Position numbers and translations under genes: made by a program. Below are positions 12,078 through 25,329 of a stretch of 64,000 bases of DNA, piece by piece. Below the pieces are notes generated by a model. It saw only the letters and a program-made list of their open reading frames with translations. It did not search any database and was not told where the DNA came from. The stretch covers positions 17,772,784-17,836,783 of the forward strand of contig CM121341.1 of the NCBI GenBank assembly GCA_051530055.1, in the 5' to 3' direction. The stretch's first letter is position 1. Each line of letters opens with the position of its first letter. Origin of the DNA: Neoechinorhynchus agilis. Its lineage: Eukaryota; Animalia; Acanthocephala.

Positions 12078-13694
12078 GGAAAGAGAAGCCGAATTTAGAT
12101 GGCAATTTTGGTCTAGAAAGGTAGTGTTTGCGCTATTGCTTCTCCTTGCACCGTTTCTTATGCAAATATAGACATCTCTCGGCGACACTTTTACCGAAGC
12201 ACCAGTGCAAATAGCGACAAATACAGCCCCTGCTGCTGCCGTATAACTCACTCGACCTAATTATATAGAGTCGAAAGCATGCACTTCAACAGCCAATAGG
12301 GTGTTTACTTTTATGACTCCTACTCTCGTTATCGAAACTGGCGAAATGGCAAACAAAGATGTGTGGGACACCCAGAACCAGTACACCCAATCGTCGTCAC
12401 ACTTGTTTGTAAATTAAAAAAACGCATCGATTATACGTGCTTAATCGTACTTTAAAAATCAATTTTGTATTTTTGATTATCGAAATCAAATATGCAAATG
12501 TAGCAGAAAAATAGCGTATAAACTTTTTTAACTTATATTTACGAGAGAAAAAATTAGTTTTGAAAATTTCAAGTACAGCTTGTTTAATTTTCTTGAAGTA
12601 TATCTTAAAACTATAATATAAGAGCTTATTTTGGATTGAAGATTAAATATTCAATTGTTTTGGAATTTTTCATATCTACGATTTAGTACCGAAAGTTTAT
12701 CGCTGCTTGCAGAATACGAAAACCTCATATTTCTTGAATAATAAAATTCAGCCAATCAGCGTTTAATCCGCTAAACACAAATAGGAGTGCTAATTACAAA
12801 CTGTAAATGAGTAAAATTATCGGTAATAAATTAATACACGGCAAGAAACTTAAAATGCACCCCAATTAATGGATAATTTTATTCGATCAATGTACTAGGT
12901 ACAATAAAGTCATAAAATTACAACCCTCGGTGCATTAAAGTTGGCGTGATTGCTTTCTTGGCTTATTAAATATTCTTTACAATGAGGTGCGACCCAACCT
13001 GCGCCAGGGTGACATTCTAGGCAATTATGTAGCAATTTACGCATTTACTGTTTTTGGTAGAGCGCCTTTACAACAATGCCCGATTTAGTGATCGCCGCAG
13101 TCATTTACCACCCGCAGTAATTGTTAAGTCCATCGATCCACGAATCGCTTTGAGGTGAGCGTAATTTAGCCTAAAGTCCAAATACACTTGTTGTGTTTTG
13201 CTTTTGAAGAACCGGATGTGACCACGCCTCATCGATGTACGGGATGGATAAAATACTTGACCCATAATGGAGGTTAGAACAAACATTTGACATTATCGAA
13301 AGGCATGATAACGTTATTTGAAAATGCTCGACCTTGAAACTATAATCAACGAGCCTTAATTAAAACTACTGATAAAGAAGAACGAATTCGTAACGCTCTT
13401 TTAGTCTTAATTGCATGTAAGAAGTCTAGAAACTTACCAAATCCAAACGAGAATGTTGAGGATTTGAAAGAGCGATCATTTTCCTTGGATGAATGATTTT
13501 AGGTGCCTTGGAATGTAGCTTGCCGGAAATGGAATTTAGAAGGACTTATTCGATCAGGTTGATCGAATAGTGAGCGTTATAAGTCACAACCAATGAGACT
13601 TGTACGTGAAAGCAATTTACAATAATTTCGCCTATTTTGTGCCGATATGTGAGGTACCAGGATATGTGATAGATCTTCATTCGACAAAAATTTT

Positions 13695-13810
13695 TATTAA
13701 AGACGTTTCGAACCTCGTCGGGTTCCTTAACAGATTGTTTGTTAGTTTTCTTATATGTAATATCGTGTACCCAAACAATCTGGTGATGAACCCGACTAGG
13801 TTTAGACCTA
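13695..13810. mobile_element. Inverted pair of decayed Penelope-type hammerhead/pLTR remnants
   Basis: Minus copy aaacaatCTGttaagGAACCcgacgaGGTTCGAAACGTC; plus copy aaacaatCTGgtgatGAACCcgactaGGTT; same family as the motif at 56683-56720. Confidence 0.55.
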
Positions 13811-16800
13811 AATAACACTTTTTTGTTTTGCTTTTTCAAAAGAAATTTTGAAATCAACTAAAAAATAAGTCGCTCCTCAGAACGTTGTATTAGTTCATTC
13901 TATTGTTAAGAAACCCCTATACTAACGACCTCATCGCACTTAACTGACCAGCAGCTCAATAGGTTTGTTGACGTCAAACGTCGCTTAAATCGATTTTGCA
14001 TTGAACCTATAACTCATTGAATACCATATTGTATGCTGCTTGCTAGATAAATGTCAATAATTTGTCGAAATTTTTACCGAAGGCGTTCGTTTGGCTTCCA
14101 TTGTAACTACCATCACTGTTGTCACCCGGATAAATTTTATACCTTTGCACATTTTTGAAGACACTGATGATTTTTTTTAAATAATGTGTAGTACGCGCGA
14201 TTCTTTGAGTATGGTGAACGTTAGAAAAATATTGATTACAATGATCCAAATTGTCAAGCTTCGATTAAATGTAGACTTTATTGAACAGAAATTAATGATT
14301 TATGCTATGTCCGATTGCAGTACCGAGTGCATGCTCAATTCGTTCACTAAAATTCAAATCATACGCATTTAATTTTTTATTCAAAATATCGATTTTAAGC
14401 GTCAAAGATTGCTTTTTCAATTTTTTAAAATCCCTATTATCTTTGCATTCTATGCAATTTATACGACAGGCATAGTAGTGGGTAAGCCAACTAGTTTGAT
14501 TAACCTAGATAAAGAATATTGCCTCTTTGCAACTCCGTCGGAACCATTTATGTATATTCATTCCTAGACCCATATTTAGGGATTGGATTTCGGTGTTTTT
14601 TCGCAATGCTTTCATTCTTCAACACGTTATTTCGTCTTAGATTCTCTAATTAAATATTATCTTAGATTAAACAGACTGAGATAAATTTAGTTTTGTTTTA
14701 TCAACACTTATCTTCTTATTTATTATCGATTTCGGAGAGGCGAAAATATGGTAGGAACAAAAAGGCTGATAATTTGTCAAACAAAGCTACTTTTTTCCTG
14801 TGTCGCGACAGCATATTACACACTTGGATAAAACAATAATTAAAATTTTTAGCTTGTCGTTCTCGAATTTAAACATGATTCATCAACTTGCATAAATGTT
14901 TCGTCAAAATTGCAGAATATCGTAAAAAACGCCTCAAACAGAATTTGTAAGCGCGTAAAAGTTGATCTCAAAAAATTGAAAATATCATCCGCGGAAAAAT
15001 AATCGTTGGTGTCACAAGCTCATTTATTCAATCTTCGAATGTTCTTAGAGGTGGTAATTGAGAAAAAAATTATTCAATACCATTAATTTCGGGCCTCTGT
15101 TGAATACGGATGGTCTAATGAATCAGTTGATTAAACCAGCACTGTTTATTACACGAGATTTGTATCAATCCTTGGACGAATTGTTGTATTGAAGCCATCA
15201 AAAATGATGACGCTTATACGGCATGCCAACCTTTATTTGCAATACTCTTAAAATGATATCTAGTGTAAAAATTATACTTATGAAGTCTGGGCAATGCAAA
15301 AGCACTGAAATCTATATTTATTTAATACCAAATTGATCTTTAACTCGTCACGTGTACTTTATGCGAAGTACAATCGAGAAATTTTTAATTTATGAAATAC
15401 CAAGAGTCTAGCGCTGCAATTATAAGAAAGCAGGATGATGCAAATACTATGTAATACCGGAAATGTTCCGGATATGAAACAATTGTTGCGTTCAACGTTC
15501 AATTAAGCAAAAGTTTTGCAGTAAATTTGGTTGGTTCATTAATGAAAGACTGTGAGTTTCTCGGGGAGGGATGGACATGTGATGAAGTTTAAAAAAGAGA
15601 GAATGAAGCGTTTACTCCGAAGGCGACTTACAAAAGATTGTCGACTTTCTTGACGCACAAAAATTATTTAAAGCAAAGAAGATGATGTGAGGTTCTTTTG
15701 ACAGATTTGCAACAATCAAATCTCATTTTAATCAAAGTTGAATGGTTAGAAGTTTGTCGAATGCGAAATTAACTTTAGTATAAACTAAAAGGCCATATGA
15801 CCGCTTGTTGAAATAGACTACTAAATGAAGCGGAATAAGTTTTTTGGGCAAGGAGAATTCTAAGATACTGAAGGTAAGGACAAGCGCATGAAAAATTAAA
15901 GCAATCTCACCAGCCCTATTAAGATATCAACACGAATTCGTCAATGAGTGGTTTTATTGAAAGTACCTTGCACCAAGCCAATAGAGAAAGACGCAAGTGG
16001 TTGTTTAAGAGTATAAACCGCGTTCACTTTGACCTTCCATCGCTATTCCACAGATCCTGGCCGTTTTGGTAAAAGTTGCCAGAGAACAGGTAAGTTGTTT
16101 GGTGCATTTAATGATGTCTAGAAATCAAGTGTTGTTTTTAATCGAAACTTGGGTTGGCTGTTGCAATGATAAAGAGACTTTATTTTCAAGCTTTCGCCGT
16201 CTTACGGCATGTGAAGTGCTTTAAATTAACGACATCGAAGCGGAAAGTTCGTCTCGCTTGTTGAGCAGTTCTGGGGCTCTGTCGAGCGGATGTCCAGAAT
16301 TCTTATTCGTATTGTCTACGGAAACATCGTCGCCTTCAAACCGCTCGAAATATAAGCTGTGCTGCGGTGATAGATAATTCCAACGGATACTTGGCTTCAA
16401 ACCTAACTGGCGTAGAGTTTTATTCTCCGCCATCGTGGCCCCGTGAGTGGTGCTTTGTCCATGGCGTGGCCATGATTTTTCGTCCGGATTCAGTGCATTA
16501 CAAACGTGTTCCGTCAAATGTTCAATCAAATGACGCTGAGTTTTGCCTGTTTATAGATGAACTCGCGACTGACTTCTCGGTTGCGTACACATCAAGGACG
16601 ATGCTGGACTTGTTTCCGGCGTTTCATGATGTCCAGTTCTCGCCAGAACTCGCTTAAGTGTAGGTGCGCTTCCGTTGACAATCCGGGCATCCATTCTCTA
16701 TAGTCACAAGAGCTTTCGAGCGTCACTAGTGACCTTTTTACTGATATATGGAATCCTGAGAACCGGTTTTCCTTCATATCGATTCCGTGATAGATCATTT

Positions 16801-17384
16801 TTCCGTTTCTTCTCCCTTGAATCACACCGCCGCTGAAACGCATGATCTCGTTACGCAAATATTCATTCTTTTCTCCTTTAATGGCGATGAGCAAATCATT
16901 GCTGCCCTGCGTGTATCAGCAGCATAAATTGCCTGCTTCGTCGACCAAAAAGATGATGGAAATCTCGATGCTTGGCTATATTTTTATGGCGTGGTTTGCG
17001 ATATCAACTGAAATCAGTGACATCACTAACTTTGAAGCACAAATTCAGGAATAGCAGATAATCCGATGGTTTGTCTAACGTCACCTTAATCCCATCAGTA
17101 AGAATAAATGGAAATCTAATTACACTTGAGACAAAATAGTTGGTGACATGCTGATCATAATCCTGGATAGAAAATATTATCCATCCGGATTAATATGATC
17201 ACCACATCTCCAACTTCATCGAAGAATTTTTTCGTAATTGATTAGATCCTCGCCCGGTAAATAATTTTTATTAAATACGTTTCGAAGCTAATTTCATATC
17301 GAATGTTCAAAACACGAATAACCAGATTCTTTCAGATTCTAGATCATCGAGCTCGGTATCCGATACTCCGTTGCACTTGGTTGT

Positions 17385-20300
17385 GTGATCAATATGCTTC
17401 AATCGATATTAGCCGATACTTCATCGAACGTTGGGATAATCCACGTGAATAGATTCGCTTTTCAAGTCGATGGCCTTGGTTATCTGGTCCAGGTTACGAC
17501 TGGTCGAGGTGGAGCGGATGGATACTGGTCAATTCGCCCCGTTGTCGATCTTGTTCTAAGTGCAGATCTCGAGCAAATTATTAGGGACGAAAAGGCGAAC
17601 GGAAGATGTTTGCTCACCAATCGATTCGAACATGATCCAGAACTGACTAAGACAATGACTGATTTTGCAGGTCTTATAGAAATGGTCATTCGGACTAACG
17701 ATTGTTGTCTGGTGATTTTAACAAGCGCAAAAAAGTTCGATCTGTTCAATATTGACACTGTTCCGTGGATTCTTAAAGCCATTCGACCTTCACTAACAGA
17801 CAATCTCGTCTCTAAGGACACTAGCGAGGCTCCTTCTTCAGGAAGTCAATTTTCCAAAGAACCGGCCAATGAACTTCGTCGCCGGTTGAAAAGGGAACGA
17901 TTTAAAACTAACGAAGAGAAAGTGGAAGCTTTACAGATTAGAGATGAATTAACCAATCGATTTGTATCTGCTACCGATGGACGATGTAGAGCCATGTGCT
18001 CAGAAAAGGAGGCGTTGTCAAGACCTCCTTTAAGACCTTTTGAAAGCTGCAAAATGGTCAAGGCGTACCAACGAGCCGCTGCTGACCAACTTATTTCCAG
18101 TATTAATGACCTTCGACCACCCGATATCCTGTGGGAAACTGTAGAGAAGAGGTCAAAGTGGTAAAGTCAAATTGACGATTTTATCGGATTGAAATGTTTC
18201 ATTCGGATTGGATTATGATCACCCAAACTCCACAAAGTTCAAATTATTCGAAACTTTTTTGAAATTTGTATGTGTGTGTGCGAAAATAAGGTCCAAAAGG
18301 TTTCACGCTCATTTTTGTTACCTATTATCTACTATAACGTTTCTATTTCGATTAATTAGCTTTTATTTTTTGAACCTTTTTCTCTTCAGAACGACACTTG
18401 CCGTATAATATCTTGTCTACTGTACTCTCGTCTTGAAATGCCATTTTTTAGTAGATTTTACCTATTTTAGTAATGGGCATTATTGTATGATTTTTTTGAT
18501 TTTTAGAGCTGATATTATGCTTGATTTAAATTCACGACCTTTGAAAACACGCAATGATCAAAAATAGGGTTTTATCAATCGCTTAGCCACTTACTACTTT
18601 AACCTCGATAAAATACTTACTTTCACTTCTTCTTCAGGATCCAGGCTCATGTTCGTTGATGGCATTCATAAGCGATCGCCTTCACGCAGTTCGAAAGGAT
18701 ATCGTTCAACAAGTTGCTTTCGATTGCGCTTACTCTCGAAAATGTCTCGAGGCTGCGGTTAGGTTTTACATCTACGCTTCAGTAAGCATCGAAGAATCTT
18801 TTGAAGAGCTCGGAAGCGACAATTTTCTTCTGAACGACAGCCAGCTACGGTCCACCATGTCGTCCCTTCTCCAGTCTTCGACGTGCGATAACGTAATGAT
18901 TGCAGTTTATCTGCTGATTGGGGTATCGGCTTCTAATCCATACTCATCGGATGATTGGGCTGAGAGTGCTGTTCACAATCTCCGATCGGATAACCGACAT
19001 CTTAGGAAAGCGATGCAAATAAGAAAGCACGTCATTTCTTTAAATTGTCCTTCATTTTGGCTCGAGTACGAACGGACACTTGCCCTTGGTGGCGACCATA
19101 AACTCATGGCGATGATGATGCTAAGGATCGCAGACGGACTTTGTGCTCGATCCCTACGGACTTTATTGCTAAGACAGGATGCTCAAGCGTCTACTGGCAA
19201 GCAAGGAAGTGGATCATTCGCAGATATCGAACTTTTGATGACAATGATGAACTGCGATGACGAAGAGTCTTTAGCCATCCATCTGTCCAGGTTTAAGCTG
19301 TACTTTAACCAATCGACAGGATTGCTGGAGGTCAGTGAACCTTACGAAGATGGATTGTTAAGAGCTTATGGACGAACTCCTCTTCTTGGTAAAATGTTTG
19401 ATAGTCCCGGGGAATTAGTTCAATTTTTGTTAGCTGTAGAAAGCAGCGAAGCACTTCTTGATCTCTCGGACGAACCCAGCAGTTTCGATCAACATGGTAA
19501 ATACGCAGGAAATATTCCAGAAGGTGATGATTCGTGCATTGAAGCAATCAGTGACAGTAACAATGCAGCAACTTTAAAGGTAGTCGCGCCAATTCCAATG
19601 GAAACGAAATTCCAATTTAAAATGCCCGAAGCCGCTTTTCAGTTTAAACCCCCTGTTTCGAATCAGTCTTCGGGACAATTTTTAGCTCAACCAAAAAGTA
19701 CATTTGCCAGGGCCTTTGATAGACCATCAGTTCAATTGACAACGAAGCCACACCCTAGCGAAACGAGCAAAACAGCACATATAGAGAGATTGAATCAACC
19801 AATAAAAAGAATCGATCCACGAAAACAAGCACTCGCAACGACACTCTTGCCCGAAATCTTTGAATCGATTGCTGATAAATTCGCGAAAAGGGAAGTCAAA
19901 ACTGTTTTCGTCAAACATAAGATCAGCACTTTGTTGGCCCAGTCGATACATTTAGAAACAACGAATAACGTGATTTGTCAAGTATGTGAAAATGTAATGC
20001 TGGATAGTAGATCAATTTCGTCGAGGTTACATAATCTTGCCAATCATTTCCAGCAACACATAAGACGACCTTGGTTGCTTAAACAGATATTTGAACGTTG
20101 GAATCGGACTGCGCGAGATATAGAACCGAAACCTCTAATGCCTGGTGATTATCCGGGTTCAACTGCTGATTATTGCAAGGATTTGGAAAATATGCTGGAA
20201 AAACTTAACCAATTCGACCATTTGATCCCCCAATTCTGCACTTGTAAAATCGTGTTAAGACTTTCCTGGTTTCCGTTTACTGTCTCTACAGTGTTGAGTG

Positions 20301-21206
20301 ACCGACAGGTGGGATTTAAAAATTTAAATCTTCCAGTCGTGGGATTGGCTTGCAAGAAAGCTAAAATGCAAGCCGTGTAATTTGAACAACATTAGTCTTG
20401 AATGCTTTTTAATATTGGTTACTCATCACGATAATCAGTTCTCCCTTAACCTAAAAAGTTCTAAAACCGTTCACGTATGGATCGTGTCGGGATATGACCC
20501 CGTTTTCGTCCGTAAAAACCCTCAGCACCATCTCGACACATCTGCATGCGTCTATGATCCGACCTATGAACATGAGTTACCAAAAGTTCCACTAGTTTGT
20601 CTTGACTCAGACCCATGTCCATCCAAACTCACTGATGCGATTTGTGCCAGTATTCTTAAATGCGGCCGCCGATTGCCCTTCAATCCGATTGAATTATCAG
20701 TTTGGTCATGTTTGTCGTTCGTTCGCACTCTGCGATGCCGCAATCCATCACGACTGCTGGCTCGTGTCCTTTGTGAGAACGTTCTGAATTCCGTTAGATC
20801 AATTCCTCCCATTCCTTCTACACCAGAAGTCTGTCTCTACCAAAATATGGGGCTCTTTAAACGACAACTCGTCCTGTTACTACATGACTTTGACGGTTCT
20901 TCAGTTGGATACGGCGATCGGAAGTGTGGAGCCGGCAATATAACGTTGCGGAGGCTCAGATTGTGGGGAATGGTCGACGAAGCTCATGTATGGTCTACGT
21001 TGGAAAAAAATGCAGAACCTCTACTTATGCGACTACCTGCTCAGGTTACACTTCAACTTCCTATTCCTGAACCAAGTGAAAGAAAACGATCATTAGAGAA
21101 AACAAAGGACGATTCTTTGAACAACGCACTCGATGAAACGTTTGCAAAACTCAGAGCGGTCGTTTCACTAAAGGAAGATCTGGACAAACTGTGCAGAAAA
21201 GTCTAA
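17385..21206 (+). CDS. MCM3AP: MCM3AP/GANP (SAC3 domain), probably one gene over three ORFs
   Basis: EEKVEALQIRD...GRCRAMCSEKE; MVKAYQRAAADQ...LRPPDILWETV(E/K)YLL...FISDRLHAVRKD; C-terminal CKIVLRL. Junctions at 18145-18611 (non-canonical) and probably 20309-20438 (GT-AG). Confidence 0.8.
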
Positions 21207-21517
21207 AGCAATCATGTGAATATGTATAAATTCATCATTGCGCAAAAAATAGACGGATAATTGTTTTTATTTCTAGAACAATAAATGTCCACCAGTTGCT
21301 TTGAATTCGTTCAGGGATAAATAGGCCAACGAATACATGGATACGGTGGTGAAAATGCTAAGCGCCACAAACACAAATTCAAAGTAAGTTCATTTGATGA
21401 CGTTTCGTATCTATGGCCGTAACCGTGTCCCGTGGTCAGTTGTGATATTTCTTTCAAAATTTTTTATTCTATAATGGGTTCAATTATAAATCTCAGCGAG
21501 AATACTACTACTCGAAA

Positions 21518-22393
21518 TCAATAAAAGTTCGAATGAGAACATTTTGGTGTCCTCATATGAACAGAACAACATCCTTCGTCCTGCTTTTTCGAGTAACCTC
21601 TCGATTCTGATCCTCGCGATCTTCTCGTTTCAACACAACATTCTGCGGTGCCCATGGGCTTCCTTTCCTGACTACAGCAAACCACTGCTCTCCTCGGTCC
21701 ACTTTCCGCCTTACAGCATATCGGCGATCTTTGTTTGTCGTGGCAACTACAACAAACCAAAGTTTTTCGTTCATGTCGTTCTCCATCGCCGTTCAGCAAC
21801 ATTTCTCTTCGTCCTCCTTTCTGGCTACAACAAACTCTTGTTTTGTTTTCTTCGTTGCAGCAGTCCACTGTCTCCCTTGGTTTGCTTTTTGGACTGCAAC
21901 AGATCATAGCTCTTCTCGGCCTTCGTTCCTTTTCACGACAATCCTGGTTTCTCTTCGTGTTTCCCGTCTCAATACAACATTGAACGGATCTCCGTGGATG
22001 CACAGTCCCTTCGCCGCAGCATTCCACAATCCGATATCTCCCCTCGCAATTTCCGCAATCGTCCAAAGTGCATTTAGTCACACGGCACTCCTTTTTGATT
22101 GGCAGAAGATGGCACGGTGCCCGCCAGGCGACATGACCAAGGCAACATGAGTTGTCCACAGGAAAGAGTCCTGGTCCTTTAGTCGCGACGAACCATCTTC
22201 CATAAGAATCACTCACTGTGCGGAAATGTTCATCACGAGAATCAGTATTCATCGAAAATTCACAGCGTGTAAAGATTAATGAAATGGTTGCCATGGTGAA
22301 TACATAACATATTGTTGTAAAGAAGATAAGTCCGATTTTACGGTTAATGCAAGGAAAAGCTTTTTTTGAACAAACACGGTAAAAATTGAACAT
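21518..22393 (-). CDS. Cys-Cys repeat, Arg/Lys-rich protein of unknown function (copy 1)
   Basis: 291-aa ORF with 11 CC doublets in a periodic pattern; intact in both arms with one visible amino-acid difference. Confidence 0.75.
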   Translation of the reverse strand: MFNFYRVCSKKAFPCINRKIGLIFFTTICYVFTMATISLIFTRCEFSMNTDSRDEHFRTVSDSYGRWFVATKGPGLFPVDNSCCLGHVAWRAPCHLLPIKKECRVTKCTLDDCGNCEGRYRIVECCGEGTVHPRRSVQCCIETGNTKRNQDCREKERRPRRAMICCSPKSKPRETVDCCNEENKTRVCCSQKGGRREMLLNGDGERHERKTLVCCSCHDKQRSPICCKAESGPRRAVVCCSQERKPMGTAECCVETRRSRGSESRGYSKKQDEGCCSVHMRTPKCSHSNFY

Positions 22394-22589
22394 TTAATTG
22401 GGCGTTCAATGTATTACTTCGGAAAACTGAATTTTGTAATAAAGAGTCAAATGTTGCCCGACGATTTTACACTAAACAAAGCGTCTATAAAGTTGATTTC
22501 CATATTTTAGCGCTGCCCAATTGACTGAAATAGCAGCTTCAGCGAATATTTCATACGTCCCTTCTTTATTTAGTCTCTTTCAAACTTTG

Positions 22590-23343
22590 TCAATCTTTGG
22601 GTACAGCGTAATCATAATGGCCACAACCCATCGCGATAAAAGTGAGATATATTGATTCCAACTGATTACCCATTGGATCGTTCGGACTGACACAAAGTGG
22701 TTGTTTAAATTTTGGGTTCGAGCTAATAATCACAATGTTTATATTGTAGGCGTTTGCAACTGTCAGAGGCAGAAGATCCCCAAGATCTGTGTTAAAATAT
22801 CTATCCTTCTTGAAGTTATCGATATCTATTTCAAGATTTTCAACAAATGGCGTATATTGATCGACTGTTGCAAATCTAAGAGACAGGACGCTTTCAGATT
22901 CGCAGCTTTAGATGATCGCGCCACTCTTTAATACATTTTAATCGGATATCGAAATGAGTTATATCGCGTTCAACAAGGCCTTTCGCTCGCAAAGCTTCGC
23001 AAACTGAACTGAAGAAGCAGTTACCATCCGCACGAACTTTAATTTGCCGAAGATTGAGTTCTTCTAACAGCTCATCTAATCTCGTTTCGTGTTCATCTTC
23101 GGTGTTCGAGCAACATCGGTAAAGCAACTGCTTTGCTGTAATCTCTTTTTTGTGGTACGCGGAATGGTTGTAAGTGACCACGAGTACCGCATCCTTCAAA
23201 AATCTATTTAAATGCTTGAGAACCTTGCGAGCGGACTTGTGCATTACAAAACTTTTACGTTTTAATGCACAGCAAACCGATTTATACTTTTTATTACTCA
23301 TATCAGCGCTATGAAAAGAATGTAAAACTAGTGGCATATTCAT
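22590..23343 (-). CDS. OTU-domain cysteine protease (copy 1), 2 exons
   Basis: VRADGNCFF catalytic Cys motif; a second exon in another frame (DQYTPF...GCGHYDYAVPKD*) supplies the catalytic His; short insert at 22865-22907. Confidence 0.85.
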
Positions 23344-23503
23344 GACATTTTCGAAAGTAATTTTATAGCGTCTTTGTTGTCATTTAGACGTATGAACATA
23401 GCAGGGATTATAGCGAATAAATCATGAACAAGCTAAATTATAATTAATTATTAGAAAATTTCGAAGTAGTGCAAGTTCCTCGGACGATCGCTCACAAGAG
23501 TAT

Positions 23504-25329
23504 TTAGATCAATTGAAAGTATTCTGAAGCTAAATTGCTTACTCCGAAAAACTTTAAGCTGATTCTTTGTATCACAAACCAGCCATTCGAATCCGAATTA
23601 ACGACAGAAATATCCCAACACCCTCGTGGATCTTCGAACCAATGAAGTACTGAAGTAAATGACTGATTCCGAAATCCTTTGCTTCTATCGTCATCATTTA
23701 AACGGGATCCAAGAATCCAAATCGGGCGCTGTTGAGGGGATTTGATTTCAATTGCCAACTTTCCTCTTCGAATCGGCCGCGAACTCATTGGCACGATATT
23801 CACTTCTAAAACTAAGTGTTCCAATTTGACTACAGCGGAATTTGTTTCTTCGCATGCTCGTGTACAAATTCTAGACTTTTTGAAAGTATTCGGTCCTACG
23901 GTTTCGAAATCGGAATGGTTGATTGGAACGTTGCATAAATGCAATTCTGGCGAAGTTTTGTTGCGTAAATATATAGCGTTGCGTACAAATAATTCAGGAT
24001 TTAAAACTCCATATCCAAACAAATCGCTAACCCACAATCCAGCCCCATTTTTCCACCAAGCGTATTTTTGAGCTTGGTATTTTTCCTCTGAAGGTTTCCT
24101 CGATGACACAACAATCCGAGCTTGAATCTGTCGATACGTTAAATTCCGATTTTCCTCTAAACCCAGTGCGATGATCGCCGCAACCATTGGAACAGCCGCC
24201 GAAGAACCAAAAAAATTAGTATTGCAGGTTCCATCCGGTCCCGCTGTAACGATGCCATTGGAAGTGCCATCGCCCGTGAAAGCGCTTGTCATGATTGAAG
24301 CACATCTCTCAGCGAATTTCGGCGTTGAACGGTTCTTTAAAATACCTGCAACTACAATTGAATAAATGGAGTTTACCATTCGATCGACTGAGCAGTGATC
24401 AAATCTAAAACCACCGTTACCCGCGGGAACTACAAAAGACGATCCAATGCCATTTCGACCGAGCTTGGCATTATTGGCTAACATTGCTTCCATTAGCCCG
24501 CTTCTATGCTGTACGGTTTTTCCATCATCTTGATCACCGAATGAAGTGCTGTATACGTCCACTATGGAATTTACGGCAGCAGTTAATTAAAAGTCGAGCA
24601 GTTTGGAAATTGGCAAGAAAAGTCGGTTAATATAGCGGAATACTCATGTGAAATTCTTAAAACTTTTGCGCTTAAAACTAAGTAAAATCAATATTGTATG
24701 CAAACCCTACAGTTTGGCTGTCTACTTCGCCCTTTTGAAGTAAACTGCAAGACTGCCACTTAATCCAAAACTTTGCTCCAGTGATTCGTTAAAGTTTAAT
24801 TTGCCCCTATGCTTGGCATTGATATTAAAATCAACCAATCGCGAATTGTAAGCGATTCCAACAGTACAAAACATATTATTCGGTTTTGCAGCGATTATGC
24901 CAGCGCATGCAGTGCCATGTTTGCTGTATAAAGTGGGATAGGGAATCAATGTTAAAATGCTGTCTTTCAATTCCGGATGATCTATTTCGATCCCTTCGTC
25001 CACAACGCCAATTACCACATTTTTCCCAGTGTAACCGAGCTTCCAAGTTCGTTCAATGCTAAATCCGGATCGATGGAGATGCCAACTTTCTGGCCATTTG
25101 TTATCATTGAAACGTCGAAACCATGGCCTTATTTTTATAAAGTCGAATTCGGATAGAATGTAAGCGGTAATTATGTTATTTATTAGCATTTTAAATATAC
25201 TCTAAAATTATTTTATGATTTTGCATGCGCACAACGGCTTGCTGAATCATCTACCACTTACGCGTTTGAAGATTTGAAATCTTGTCCCTTCTGAGCTAAA
25301 CGAGTATGAAATTTCGAGAATTTTGGAGG
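23504..25329 (-). CDS. Furin/kexin-like proprotein convertase (copy 1): catalytic and P domains intact, native 5' end missing
   Basis: FRR|FNDNKW maturation site, VVDEG (Asp), HGTACAG (His), GNGG (oxyanion Asn), GSSAAVP (Ser), GFRNQSFTSVLHWFEDPRG P domain. GT-AG intron 25202-25261; second intron ~24571-24759. Confidence 0.85.

Noticed and set aside
11363-12124. Overlapping alternative-frame and antisense ORFs in FoxA (and similar ones in the Cys-rich, CRE and TPI regions)
   Set aside because: Shadow ORFs of real coding sequence, with no independent motifs.
16916-16918. In-frame TGA after Cys-Cys on the minus strand as possible Sec
   Set aside because: The frame closes again at 16978, and no SECIS or selenoprotein motif was seen.
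20309-20447. In-frame TAA/TAA pair (20317, 20447) at the second MCM3AP junction
   Set aside because: A canonical cag|gtggga...aatcag intron of the same 130-nt length fits and no TIR is present; it shows that chance TA pairs occur.
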